Shown one piece after another: positions 49,778 through 62,710 of a stretch of 64,000 nt of DNA. Position 1 is the first letter of the stretch. Each line of letters starts with the position of its first letter. Origin of the DNA: Mobula hypostoma (taxonomy: Eukaryota); the NCBI RefSeq assembly GCF_963921235.1, contig NC_086107.1:93560001-93624000 (forward strand). Reading direction: 5' to 3'. A program made the translations under genes and the position numbers. Below the pieces are notes generated by a model, which searched no databases, was not told where the DNA came from, and worked only from the letters and a program-made list of their open reading frames with translations.

Positions 49778-51450
49778 AAATGCTGCTGGAACTCATCAGG
49801 TCAGGCAGCATCTATAGAAGGGAATAAGCAGTTGACGTTTTGGGTTATAACTCTTCATCCGGACTGGAAAGGAAGGAGGAAGAAGGAAAGTAGGGGGAGG
49901 GGTTGGGCAGAGGGAGGAGTACAAGACACCAGGTGATAGAAGAGATCAGGTGAGGAAGAATGTGAGGTGGGTATGGGTGGGGGCGGGGATGAAGTAAGAA
50001 GCTGGAATGGGATAGGTGAAAGAGGTAAAAGGCTGAAGAAGAAGGAATCTGATAGGAGAGGAGAGTGGACCATGGGAGAACCTTTAGATTCATCACAGTT
50101 CAGTTCATCAGCCTTAATTTGCAAAAGGAAAATTATCCTAGTTTAAATGTTAAATAGATGACTAGAACATTCTTAGATAGTAGAGGAATACATACAAAAT
50201 ACTGGAGGAATTCAGCAGGTCAGGCAGCATCTATGGAGAGAAATAAAGAGTCAACATTTCAGGCTGAGGTCCTTCATTATTTTAGTCCAAGATTTTACTC
50301 CTTCAGCATCTCAGTCCAAGATAATACGTCAACTTTGTATTCCTCTCAGCATCAGTAGAATCTCTTGTGTTATGCTCATTGGACAGTATTTCCAATTAAC
50401 ATCTGTTCCACTTCACATTAGTAGAAAGAATTCGTGGAATGTGAGGCATTTTGCTGTCATTGGTGTAGAGAGAGTTGGTTAGGTAGTAACTGACAAAAAA
50501 AAAGATATTCTAGCATCAGTGGAAAGGAGTAAAGAGCTGATGTTGCCGCCAAGACCTTTCATCAGGACTAGAAAGAAAGGGGGAAGAAGCCAGAATAAGA
50601 AGGTGTTTGGAGGGGAAGGAGTATAATCTTGAAGGTGATAGGTGAAGCCAGGTGAGGGGGAAGGTAGATGACTCTTTATTCCTTTTCATAGCTGTTGCCT
50701 GGCCTGCCGAGTTCCTCCAGCATTTTGTGTGTGTTTCTCTGGATCTCCAGCATCTGCAGAACCTCTTTTGTTTATTATAGGTTTGTACTCATATTAACCT
50801 AACACCTTCCAGCTTGTACTACCTCCCCCACCTTCTTACTCTGTCTTCTGCAACTCCCACCCCCTACTCCCCCTCCCTTTCCAGTTCTGATGAAGGGTAT
50901 CGGCCCAAAATATTGAGTATTTATTCTCCTCCATAAATCTTGCCTGACCAGGTGAGTTCCTCCAGCATTGTGTGTGTGTGTTGCTTTGGATTTCCAGCAA
51001 TACTTACTAAAGATTCTGAAGTTACTGAAGCAACAGAGAGCAGACAATAGATGGGAAATAGAAAGCTGAAAAGAGACATTGATGGATTGACAGATGGAGT
51101 TCAATATGGGGTGGTCTTCCTTCGACCTACGAAAGGTAGATCAGAAATTATTTTCTGAATAAAAGAAGGAATAGTTCAAATAGATAAATCACTATACCTG
51201 CTGGATAAGTACAAAGTACATTTTAAAAATGTAAAGAAAGGATAGTCTTTATTGCAAGAAGTACAAACCATCAAGAGACCGAAGATGCTGGGATCTGGAG
51301 CAACAAAGACTCTTCTGGAGGAACTCAGTAGGCTGGTTTGCATCTGTGGGATGGATTAACACACACAAAATGCTGGAGGAACTCAGCAGGTCAGGCAGCA
51401 TCTATGGAAAGGAATCTACAGTCGACATTTCAGGCTAAAGCCTTATTCTC
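49778..51450. mobile_element. Cluster of Penelope-type hammerhead-family relics
   Basis: Repeated ggaactcagcaggtcaggcagcatctatgg arms, purine-rich bodies, and cores at ~49835-49866, 50541-50570 and 50882-50915. Confidence 0.6.
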
Positions 51451-51819
51451 CCCGTAACCTTTAAATCCCTGTCTAAAAAAGAACCTATCAACCTCTGTTT
51501 TAAATATAGAATTAGATTCAAATTTATTACTTATCCCAACTCTCTGACTTCAAGTTCAATTTTAATCATCATTAAACTTGTCATTCACATGTAACAGCTC
51601 AATGAAACAATGTTTCTCTGGGGGCAAGGCACAAAACACAATACATACAGTCAGTTACACACAACACATATAGTTAAGACAGCACATACAGTGGCAAAAA
51701 AGAAATATTATTAACAATAATAATAACAGTAGCTCAAGTCCCTGAGTGGCATGGTCAATCTTCTATTCATGTTAATGCATTAGCCCCAACTCCATGTATC
51801 TTTATCCTATGAAAAAGTC

Positions 51820-53930
51820 TTTTATGCAGCACCTTACCAAACACCTTCTGGAACTCCAAGTATCTGACATTCACCTGTTCCTCTCTATCCACTGCACTCA
51901 CTATATTCCTCCAGTAAGTTTGTCAAACAGGACCCAAACTTCATGAATCGATGCTGTGTCTACCTGATGGAACCACTTTTATCCAGATCTCTCATTATTT
52001 CTTCCTTAGTTATAGCTTCAAGCATTTTCCTGACTACGGATGTTAAGTTAACTGGCCTATAGTTATACTCATTTTGCCTACATCCCTTTTTTTAAACAGT
52101 GGCATGACATTCGCTGTCTTCCAATCCACCAGAACCTGCCCAGAGTCCAACGAATTTTGGTTAACTATCACAAGCACATCCTCGAAAACTTCTGCCATTT
52201 CTGTCAGTACCCTGGGATGCATCCCATCAGGACCAGGGGACTTGTCTATCTTTAGGCTCTCAAGTTTGCTCATCAGTACCTCTTTAGTGACAGCAATTGT
52301 ACCTAGGTCCTTATCTCTCATTGCATCCATAACTTCACTCTTTGGCATGTTAGATGTGACCTCCAATGTGATGACTGACAAAATAGTCCTTCAAGGCTTC
52401 AGCCATTTCCACTTTACCCAATACTAATTCTCCCTTCTCATCTTCCAAAGGACCTGCATTCATTTTAGTTATTCTTTTCCACTTCATATAATTACAACAT
52501 TTTTTAGATTATGTAATTATAAAAGTTTTTATAACAGGTAGTAAAAGTATTGGTATTTTGTGCTAGTTTTCTTTCAGGATCTTTCTTCCCTTTCCTTATT
52601 GCTTGCTTAGTGCTTCTTTGTTGCTTTTCAAAGTTTTCCCAATCTTTAAGTTTCTCAGTACTCTTGGTGAGATTTTTTTAAGCATCAGTTTTTGTTTTGA
52701 TTTGTTCTTTCATTTCCTGAGTCACCCAAAGCTGGCTCTCCCCACCTTTACTGTCCTTGCTTTTAACTGGAATATACTTTTGTTGAACAGTGTGATTTAC
52801 TATTTGAAAGTCTTCCACTGTTCCTCAATTGTCCCACCATATAGCCTTTGTTCTCAGTTTATGCTAGCCAATTCCCTCATTGTAGGCTCCCTTGCTTAGG
52901 CATAGTACACTAGACCATAATACATAGGAGCAGAATTAGACCATTCAGCCCATCGAGTCTCTTCTGCCATTCTAACTTGCTGATTTATTACCCCTTTCAA
53001 CACCACTCTCCTCCTCTCTTCACAACCTTTGATAGTCATAGTCATAGTCATACTTTATTGATCCCGGGGAAATTGGTTTTCGTTACAGTTGCACCATAAA
53101 TAATAAACAGTAATAAAACCATAAGTAGTTAAATAGTAATATGTAAATTATGCCAGTAAGTTATGAAATAAGTCCAGGACCAGCCTATCGGCTCAGGGTG
53201 TCTGACCCTCCAAGGGAGGAGTTGTAAAGTTTGATGGCCACAGGCAGGAATGACTTCCTATGACGCTCTGTGCTGCATCTTGGAGGAATGAGTCTCTGGT
53301 TGAATGTACTCCTGTGCCCACCCAGAACATTATGTAGTGGATGGGAGACATTGACCAAGATGGCATGCAACTTAGACAGCACCCTCTTTTCAGACACCAC
53401 CGTGGGAGATGGTACCGTGATACCCTTACTAATCAAGAGCCTATCCACCTCTCTTTCAAATATACCCAATGACTTGGCCTCAATAGCCATCTGTGGCTAT
53501 TAATCTTAGATCGAACTATTTCACCCTCCAATTCTACGAGACATTCAGCTATACCGTGATCACTTTCTCCAAGGAGACCCCCAACCACAAGCTTGTTAAT
53601 TTTAACTGACTCATTGCACGGGATCAGATGTAAGATGGCACTTTCCCTGGTAACATGCTGTTAAAGCTATCACAGTTGCCGTCTATGAAGTCCTCCTCAA
53701 GACTGGCTTGACCAATTTGATTTCCCCAATCTATGTGCAAGTTAAAGTCCCCCATGACAAATGTGGTTCCATTCTTAGTTATTCCTTGGTTGTTTGCCCA
53801 TGCCGTTGCAATGTTATTATTTGGTGGCCTATAGATATCATCTAACATAGACTTTTTAACCCCTTACTATCCCGAATGTTCAACCACCATTCTGCTCCTT
53901 AGATCTCATATTTCTCTCACTGCTCCTGAT
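51820..53930 (-). mobile_element. CR1 LINE ORF2 fragments (with nested insertions)
   Basis: KSPGPDGMHPRVL, WKTANVMPLFKK and IYRPP...VMGDFNL on minus strand. Confidence 0.8.
53033..53405 (-). mobile_element. Rex1/Babar LINE 3' end (same family as 55015-57033)
   Basis: Near-identical to 55015-55380, with (gtcata)n tail. Confidence 0.88.
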
Positions 53931-55014
53931 TGCTGCCATTGTAATGCATTACGCTACTGTGTCTCCCTAAGGAACAAGATCAGGCAGGATTTAAACTTGG
54001 ATCACTCGATTTAGAGTCTAGGGTACCTAACCATTACACCATGGAACCATACACATTTAACATCATCAGTGAGTTTGAAAACCTTAAATACTCTTCCTTC
54101 CTCCAAGTCATTAATGCAAGTAGTGAACAGAAGCAGGCCAAGAACCAATCCCTGCAGAAATCCACTAGTCACATCTTTATTCCTCAGAGCACAAGATAAT
54201 GAGGGGAGACCTTATAAGGATATACCAAACTTTGAGGTGTATCAACAGGGTAAATGCAAGCAGGCTTTTTCCACTGAGGTTAGGTGAGACTAGAAATAAA
54301 GATCATAGGTTAAGGGGAACCTGAGGGGGAGCTTCCTCGCTCAGAGGGTGATGAGAGTATGGAATAAGCTGCCACTACAAGTCGAGGATACAGGCACTAT
54401 TGCAACGTTTAAGAGAAGTTTGGATAAGTATGTGAATGGCAGGGGTATGGAGGGCTATTAGATGAGCTGAGGATGTACTGCTGAGGATCTATAAGGCATT
54501 GGTCAGACAATACGTGGAATAGTGTGAGCAATTTTGGACCCCAGAAAATATCTAAGAAAGGATGTGCGGGCACTGGAGACGGTCCAGAGGAGGTTAACAA
54601 GAATGATCCCAGGAATGAAAGAGTTAATGCATAGGGAGCAATTAATGGCTCTGGATCTGTACTCACTGGAGTTTAGAAGAATGAGGGGTGACCTCATTCA
54701 TAAGGGGTGATGTTGAGAGGCCTGGACAGAGTGGAATGGAGAGAATATTTCCATCAGTGGGAGAATCTGGGACCAAATTGAAAGACAAATTTCAGAGATG
54801 TATCGTACATACATACTCTGGCAATAAGATGAACCTTTGAACAGCCTCAGAATAGAAGGATGTTCCATTACAACAGAGATGAGGAGGAGTTTCTTCAGCC
54901 AGAGATGGGCGTAACACCGGAAACTGTTGCCCCTGAGAACTGAGAAGGCCAAATCATAGGGTGTATTTAAGGCAGAGGTTGAAAGGTTTTCGAATTTAAG
55001 GGATTAAGGCTTAC

Positions 55015-57033
55015 ATAGTCATAGTCATAGTCATACTTTATTGATCCCGGGGGAAATTGGTTTTCGTTACAGTTGCACCATAAATAATTAAACAGTAATA
55101 AAACCATAAATAGTTAAATAGTAATATGTAAATTATGCCAGGAAATAAGTCCAGGACCAGCCTGTTGGCTCAGGGTGTCTGACCCTCCAAGGGAGGAGTT
55201 GTAAAGTTTGATGGCCACTGGCAGGAATGACTTCCTATGACGCACTGTGTTGCATCTCAGTGGAATGAGTCTCTGGCTGAATGTACTCCTGTGCCTAACC
55301 AGTACATTATGTAGTGGATAGGAGACATTGTCCAAGATGGCATGCAACTTAGACAGCATCCCCTTTTCAGACACCACCGTCAGAGAGTCCAGTTCCATCC
55401 CCACAACATCACTGGCCTTACGAATGAGTTTGTTGATTCTGTTGGTGTCTGCTACCCTCAGCCTGCTGCCCCAGCACACAACAGCAAACATGATAGCACT
55501 GGCCACCACAGACTCGTAGAACATCCTCAGCATCGTCCGGCAGATGTTAAAGGATCTCAGTCTCCTCAGGAAATAGAGACAGCTCTGACCCTTCTTGTAG
55601 ACAGCCTCAGTGTACTTTGACCAGTCCAGTTTATTGTCAATTTGTATCCCCAGGTATTTGTGATGTCTACACTGACCCCTCTGGATGGAAACAGGGGTCA
55701 CCGGTACCTTAGCTCTCCTCAGGTCTACCACCAGCTCCTTAGTCTTTTTCACATTAAGCTGCAGATAATTCTGTTCACACCATGTGACAAAGTTTCCTAC
55801 TGTAGCCCTGTACTCAGCCTCATCTCCCTTGCTGATGCATCCAACAATGGCAGAGTCATCAGAAAACTTCTGAAGATGACAAGACTCTGTGCAGTAGTTG
55901 AAGTCTGAGGTGTAATTGGTGAAGAGAAAGGGAGACAAGACAGTCCCCTGTGGAGCCTCAGTGCTGCTGATCACTCTGTCGGACACACAGTGTTGCAAGC
56001 ACACGTACTGTGGTCTGCCAGTCAGGTAATCAAGAATCCATGACACCAGGAAAGCATCCACCTGCATCGCTGTCAGCTTCTCCCCCAGCAGAGCAGTGCG
56101 GATGGTGTTGAACGCACTGGAGAAGTCAAAAAACATGACCCTCACAGTGCTCGTTGGCTTGTCCAGGTGGGCGTAGACACAGTTCAGCAGGTAGACGATG
56201 GCATCTTCAACTCCTAGTCGGGGCTCGTAGGCAAACTGTAGGGGATCTAAGTGTGGCCTGACCATAGGCCGGAGCAGCTCCAGAAGAAGTCTCTCCAGGG
56301 TCTTCATGATGTGGGAGGTCAATGCCACCGGTCTGTAGTCATTGAGACCGCTGGGGCGCGGCGTCTTCGGCACAGGGACGAGGCAGGACGTCTTCCACAG
56401 TACAGGAACCCTCTGGAGCCTCAGGCTCAGGTTGAAGACATGGCGAAGTACTCCACATAGCTGAGGGGCACAGGCTTTGAGCACCCTGGTACTGACACCA
56501 TCCGGTCCTGCAGCCTTGTTTGGGTTGAGACGTTTCAGCTGTCTTCTCACCTGTTCAGCTGTGAAGCCCACCATGTGGTTTCGTGCGGGGAAGGGGTATA
56601 GTCATGAGAGCAGGGTGGGAGACTGTGAGGAGGGGTAGGAGGGGAGAGTGAAATATGTGTTGGTTGGGGGCCGACAACAGATGACTCATGTGGGGGATGG
56701 GCAGGGGCCACAATGTCAAATCTGTTAAAGAACAGGTTAAGTTCGTTGGCCCTGTCCACACTGCCTTCAGCTCCTCTGTTGCTAGTTTGCCGGAATCCAG
56801 CGATGGTCCTCATCCCCCTCCAGACCTCTCTCATGTTGTTCTGCTGGAGTTTCCACTCAAGCTTCCTCCTGTACCTGTCTTTAGCCTCCCTGATCCTGGC
56901 TTTCAGGTCCCTCTGTATTGCCCTCAGCTCCTCCCTATTTCCACCTCTAAACACCCTCTTTTTAGCATTCAGGATGTCCTTAATGTCCTTTGTTACCCAT
57001 GGCTTGTTATTTGAATAACAAAGGATAGTTCTT
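55015..57033 (-). mobile_element. Rex1/Babar LINE, 5'-truncated, RT ORF largely open (55114-56574)
   Basis: KAAGPDG, YRPVALTSHIMK, DPLQFAY, FFDFSSAFNTI, PQGTVLSPFLF, FSDD motifs. (gtcata)n tail. Inserted in a CR1 tail. Confidence 0.92.
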
Positions 57034-57679
57034 TTTACAGGAAAAAGGCAGGAGAAAGGGAATGAAACAAAAAACAAAATCAACAATAATGAAATGGCAC
57101 AGCAGACTGGATGGGATGAATGGCCTAATTCTGCTCCTACAGTATACCTAACATCTAATGGTCTAATAGCTACAGTCTAGATGTAGATAAATCGGGTGAG
57201 GCAGGAAAACAGGTCAGCACAGACTAGATGGGCTGAAGGGCCTGTTTCTCTGTTGTACTGCTCAATGACTATAATTCAAGTCTGAAAAGGACCCATTTAC
57301 TCAGTCATAAAACCAGCAGCACACCGCCAGAATTAGACACTGTTTTGGCCATATATAACAATGACATTATAACCAGCCAGAACAAAGATTGATTCTTCCA
57401 ATAATTTGGCTTATTGGTAGAACTACTGTAAATTATTGAAATTACTTTCGTATTCTTTACCCGCTGTGAGCCTTTTTTGGGCAACTCTGCCTTGACCTTT
57501 CAGGGAGATGCTGCTTTAGTTTGTTTCCTCTGCTCTTCGAGCAGACTGTCTGCTGAGTAAGTCATCTGCTGTTGAAGAATAGCCTGCTGTGAACCAACCA
57601 ATTCATCGACCCGTACCATGTCAGCAAATTTGTAGAGGTATGAGCACCAGCAAACTATAGTTACTTGAGATTCTGACAT

Positions 57680-58160
57680 GGAAGTGTAGCAGTTAGTACA
57701 ACGCTTTACAGCGCCAGCAAACACTAATCGGGATTCAACTCCCTTCTCTGCCTGTAAGGAGTTTGTACGTTCTCCTTGTTACCCCATGGATTTCCTCTGG
57801 GTGCTCCAGTTTCCTCTTACATTCCAAAGACATACGGGTTATGGTTAGTGAGTAGGCAGCATGGTACGTTGGCGTTGGAACCACTTGTGTTCTTCCCCCA
57901 GCACATCCTCGGACCGTGTTGGTTGTCGATACAAACGACACATTTCACTGCATGTTTCGATGCACACATGACAAATAAAACTCAACTTTAAAATCCAAGG
58001 TTAGTAAGTTGTGGGCATGCTACGTTGGTGCCGAAAGCATGGTGATGCTGGTGGGCTGCCCTCAGGACATCCTCGGAATGTGTTGGTCGTTGACACAAGT
58101 GACACAATTCAATTCACTGTATGTTTCGATATTTCAATGCACATGAAACTAATCTTCAAT
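57680..58160 (+). mobile_element. V-SINE with tandemly duplicated 3' part
   Basis: V core at 57755-57830. The ggttagt(g/a)agt...gcatg...cgttgg segment occurs twice (57843, 57999). Confidence 0.65.
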
Positions 58161-59984
58161 CGTTTGCATATCAGACTTACCTGCCATAACATCTTTTAGC
58201 AAGGGGCCTGAACTCTTTCTAGCCCATTTATATCACCACCAAATTGTCTCTTAGTCTTGTGTCTGTGCTGGGACATAAAGATGAGGCTGCTACTTTCAGA
58301 AACTCGTGCATTTATTAGAGAACACATTGTTTGAAGATTTGAGCAAACTAGAGCTTTTCTCCTTGGAGCAAAGGAGAATGGGAGGTGGCTTGATAGAGGT
58401 GTACGAGATGATAAGAGGCATAGATCAAGTGGACAGCCAGAAACTTTTTCTCAGAACATAAATGGGAGCATCAATTTAGGTACTTGGAGGAAAGAATAGG
58501 CGGGAATGTCAGAGATTAGTTTTTCACACAGAGAGCAGTAGGTGTGTAGAACACCCTGCCAAGGGAGGTAGCAAAGGTAGATACATTAGGAGCATTTGAG
58601 AAACTTTTGGGTGATGGGAACATAGATAGAAACTTTATTGATCCCAAAGGAAATTACAGTGTCACAGTAGCATTACAGGTGCACAGATCTACAAATATTA
58701 GAAGAGAGGTAAGAAAGATTTAAAAAGTAAGTTAACTCAAACAGTCTAACAAAAGGGGTTCATCACTTCCCAGCAATAGGTCGACTCATTATAGAGTCTA
58801 ATGGCCGAGGGTAAGAATGACTTCATATAGCGCTCTTTGGAGCAGCACAGTTGTCTTAGTCTGTTACTAAAAGTGCTCCTCTGTTCAGTGAAGGTGGCAT
58901 GCAGAGGTGAGAAACATTGTCCAGAATTGCCAGGATTTTCCATAGGGTCCTTTGTTCTACCACAGCCTCCAGTGTGTCCAGTTCGACTCCTATAACAGAG
59001 CCAGCCTTTCTAATCAGTTTGTTGAGGCTATTAACATCACCTGTGCTGCTGGATGTAGGAGGGAAAGTTTAGACTGATCTCTGAATAGGTTAAAAGGTCA
59101 GTATGACATTGTGGGCCAAAGAGCCAATACTGTGCTGTAGTGTTCTATGTTCTACTACGGTGCAAATGATTTACCTGGATTCAACGGCAATCTTGAAGTC
59201 AAAAGAAGGAGGAGATGTTGATATAGTTTGGAGAGGGGACTTCAGAGGAATGGATGGAAGCAATAATTCAGCTGTATTTAAGGGGAGGATGGCTATGCGG
59301 ATATGGAGATGGAAATGGAGTGTTACAAACATCAAACACTGAACATAGAACAGTACCACACAGTACAGGCCCTTCTGCTCATGATATTGTGGCGACTTTA
59401 TAACCTATTCTAAGATCAATCTAATCTTTCCTTCCCACATAGCCTCCTCCATTTTTCTATCATCCATGTGCCTATCTAACAGTCTTTTAAATATCTATAA
59501 TATATCTGCCTCTACCAAGGTTGAATATGGTGACATATATGTACTTTGATAATAAATTTACTTTGAACTTTGACCTCTACCAACATCTGTGGCAGTGCAT
59601 TCCACACATCCAACATTCTCTGCGTAAAAACCTACCTCTCACATCCGCCCCTTTACTTTCCTCCAAACACCTTATAATTATACCCCCTTATATCAGCAAT
59701 TTCCATCCTGGGAAGAAGTTTCTGGATGTCCTCTCTATCTATCCCGTTTTTCACCCGGTACACCTCTATCAAGTCACCTCTCAGCCTCCTTTGTTCCAAA
59801 GAGAAAAGCACAAGCTCACTCAACCTATCCTCATAAAACATACTCCCTAATCCAGGCAGAATCCTGGTAAATCTCCTTTGCACCCTCCCTAAAGCTTCCA
59901 CATCCTTCCTATAATGAGGCGACTAGAATTGAACACATTACTCAGGATTTTATAGAGCTGAAACATAGCATAACAAAAAAATAG

Positions 59985-62710
59985 CAGGCTATTCTAGACT
60001 GGGTATTGAGCAATGAGGAAGGGTTAATTAGCAATCTTGTTGTGAGAGGCCCCTTGGGTAAGAGTGACCATAATATGGTGGAATTCTTCATTAAGATAGA
60101 GAGTGACATAGTTAATTCAGAAACTAAGGTTCTGAACTTAAAGAAGGGTAACTTTGAAGGGATGAGGCGTGAATTAGCTAAGATAGACTGGCAAATGACA
60201 CTTAAAGGGTTGACGATGGATATGCAATGGCAAGCATTTAAAGATCACATGGATGAACTGCAACAATTGTTCATCCCAGTTTAGCAAAAGAATAAATCAG
60301 GGAAGGTAGCGCACCCGTGGCTGACAAGAGAAATTAGGGATAGTATCAATTCCAAAGAAGAAGCATACAAATTAGCCAGAAAAAGCGGCTCACCTGAGGA
60401 CTGGGAGAAATTCAAAGTCCAGCAGAGGAGGACAAAGGGCTTAATTAGGAAAGGGATTAACCTTAACCCGTGTCAGAAAGGTGGAACGTCTGTTATTTAT
60501 AATACTATCATGAAACGTAGGATAGCTCCATTCGATAAGATTAGGTCCAATTGGGAAAAGGAATTGGGCTTTACTATTTTGGTGGATGACTGGGCGCATA
60601 TTTTACAACGAGTCAATACTTCCTCTATCTGTTCCAAACATTCCCGAACTCAATTTGAAGTTGTTCATAGAACACATATGTCTAAAGATAAATTAGCTCG
60701 TTTTTATTCTCATATTAACCCTCTTTGTGATAGATGTCATGGGGAGATAGCTTCCTTATCTCATATGTTTTGGTCCTGTCCTACTCTGGAAACTTTTTGG
60801 AAAGACATTTTTAATATTATCTCAAAGGAAAAGGAAAAAAGATTATGAGGGAAAACTGGCAGGGAACATAAAAACTGACTGTAAAAGCTTTTATAGATAT
60901 GTGAAAAGAAAAAGATTACTTAAGACAAATGTAGGTCCCCTACAGACAGAAACAGGTGAATTGATTATGGGGAGCAAGGACATGGCAGACCAATTGAATA
61001 ACTACTTTGGTTCTGTCTTCACTAAGGAGGACATAAATAATCTTCTGGAAATAGTAGGGGACAGAGGGTCTAGTGAAATGGAGGAACTGAGGGAAATACA
61101 TGTTAGTAGGGAAGTGGTGTTAGGTAAATTAAAGGGATTAAAGGTAGATAAATCCCCAGGGTCAGATGGTCTGCATCCCAGAGTGCTTAAGGAAGTAGCC
61201 CAAGAAATAGTGGATGCATTAGTGATAATTTTTCAAAACTCTTTAGATTCTGGACTAGTTCCTGAGGATAGGAGAGTGGCTAAAAAAGGAGGGAGAGAGA
61301 AACTGGGGAATTATAGACCGGTTAGCCTAACATCGGTGGTGGGGAAAATGCTAGAGTCAGTTATCAAAAATGTGATAACAGCACATTTGGAAAGTGATGA
61401 AATTATCGGAAAAAGTCAGCATGGATTTGTGAAAGGAAAATCATGTCTGACGAATCTCATAGAATTTTTTGAGGATGTAACTAGTAAAGTGGATAGGGGA
61501 GAACCAGTGGATGTGGTATATTTGGATTTTCAAAAGGCTTTTGACAAGGTCCCACACAGGATATTAGTGTGCATACTTAAAGCACACAGTATTGGGGGTA
61601 AGGTATTGATGTGGATAGAGAATTGGTTGGCAGACAGGAAGCAAAGAGTGCGAATAAACGGGACCTTTTCAGAATGGCAGGCAGTGACTAGTGGGGTACC
61701 GCAAGGCTCAGTGCTGGGACCCCAGTTGTTTACAATATATATTAATGACTTAGATGAGGGAATTAAATGCAGCATCTCCAAGTTTGCAGATGACACGAAG
61801 CTGGGCGGCAGTGTTAGCTGTGAGGAGGATGCTAAGAGGATGCAGGGTGACTTGGATAGGTTGGGTGAGTGGGCAAGTTCATGGCAGATGCAATTTAATG
61901 TGGATAAATGTGAGGTTATCCACTTTGGTGGCAAAAACAGGAAAACAGATTATTATCTGAATGGTGGCCAATTAGGAAAAGGGGAGGTGCAACGAGACCT
62001 GGGTGTCATTATACACCAGTCATTGAAAGTGGGCATGCAGGTACAGCAGGCGGTGAAAAAGGTGAATGGTATGCTGGCATTCATAGCAAGAGGATTCGAG
62101 TACAGGAGCAAGGAGGTACTACTGCAGTTGTACAAGGCCTTGGTGAGACCACACCTGGAGTATTGTGTGCAGTTTTGGTCCCCTAATCTGAGGAAAGACA
62201 TTCTTGCCATAGAGGGAGTACAAAGAAGGTTCACCAGATTGATTCCTGGGATGGCAGGACTTTTATATGATGAAAGACTGGATCGACTGGGCTTATACTC
62301 ATTGGAATTTAGAAGATTGAGGGGGGATCTTATTGAAACATATAAAATCCTAAAGGGATTGGACAGGCTAGATGAAGCAAGATTGTTCCCGATGTTGGGG
62401 AAGTCCATAACGAGGAGTCACAGTTTGAGGATAAAGGGGAAGCCTTTTAGGACCGAGATTAGGTAAAACTTCTTCACACAGAGAGTGGTGAATCTGTGGA
62501 ATTCTCTGCCACAGGAAACAGTTGAGGCCAGTACATTCGCTATATTTAAGAGGGAGTTAGATATGGCCCTTGTGGCTAAAGGGATCAGGGGGTATGGAGG
62601 GAAGGCTGGTACAGGATTCTGAGTTGGATGATCAGCCATGATCATACTGAATGGTGGTGCAGGCTCGAAGGGCCAAATAGCCTACTCCTGCACCTATTTT
62701 CTATGTTTCT
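59985..62710 (+). mobile_element. Young CR1 LINE, 5'-truncated, RT ORF open over 521 aa (60901-62466)
   Basis: YRPVSLTS, GKSCLTNL, VYLDFQKAFDKV, GVPQGSVLGP, FADD, RPHLEYC motifs. Tail tttctatgtttct. aaaca repeat at 59961-59965 and 62711-62715. Confidence 0.95.
60457..60824 (+). mobile_element. L1-clade ORF2 C-terminal (zf-RVT/CCHC) internal fragment inserted in CR1
   Basis: WEKELG...QFEVVHRTH...CDRC...SLSHMFWSCPTLETFW. Confidence 0.8.

Noticed and set aside
55114..62466. Long RT ORFs as possible domesticated genes or active autonomous elements
   Set aside because: Both are 5'-truncated, lack a complete endonuclease/ORF1, have frameshifts, stops or deletions, and keep standard LINE tails.
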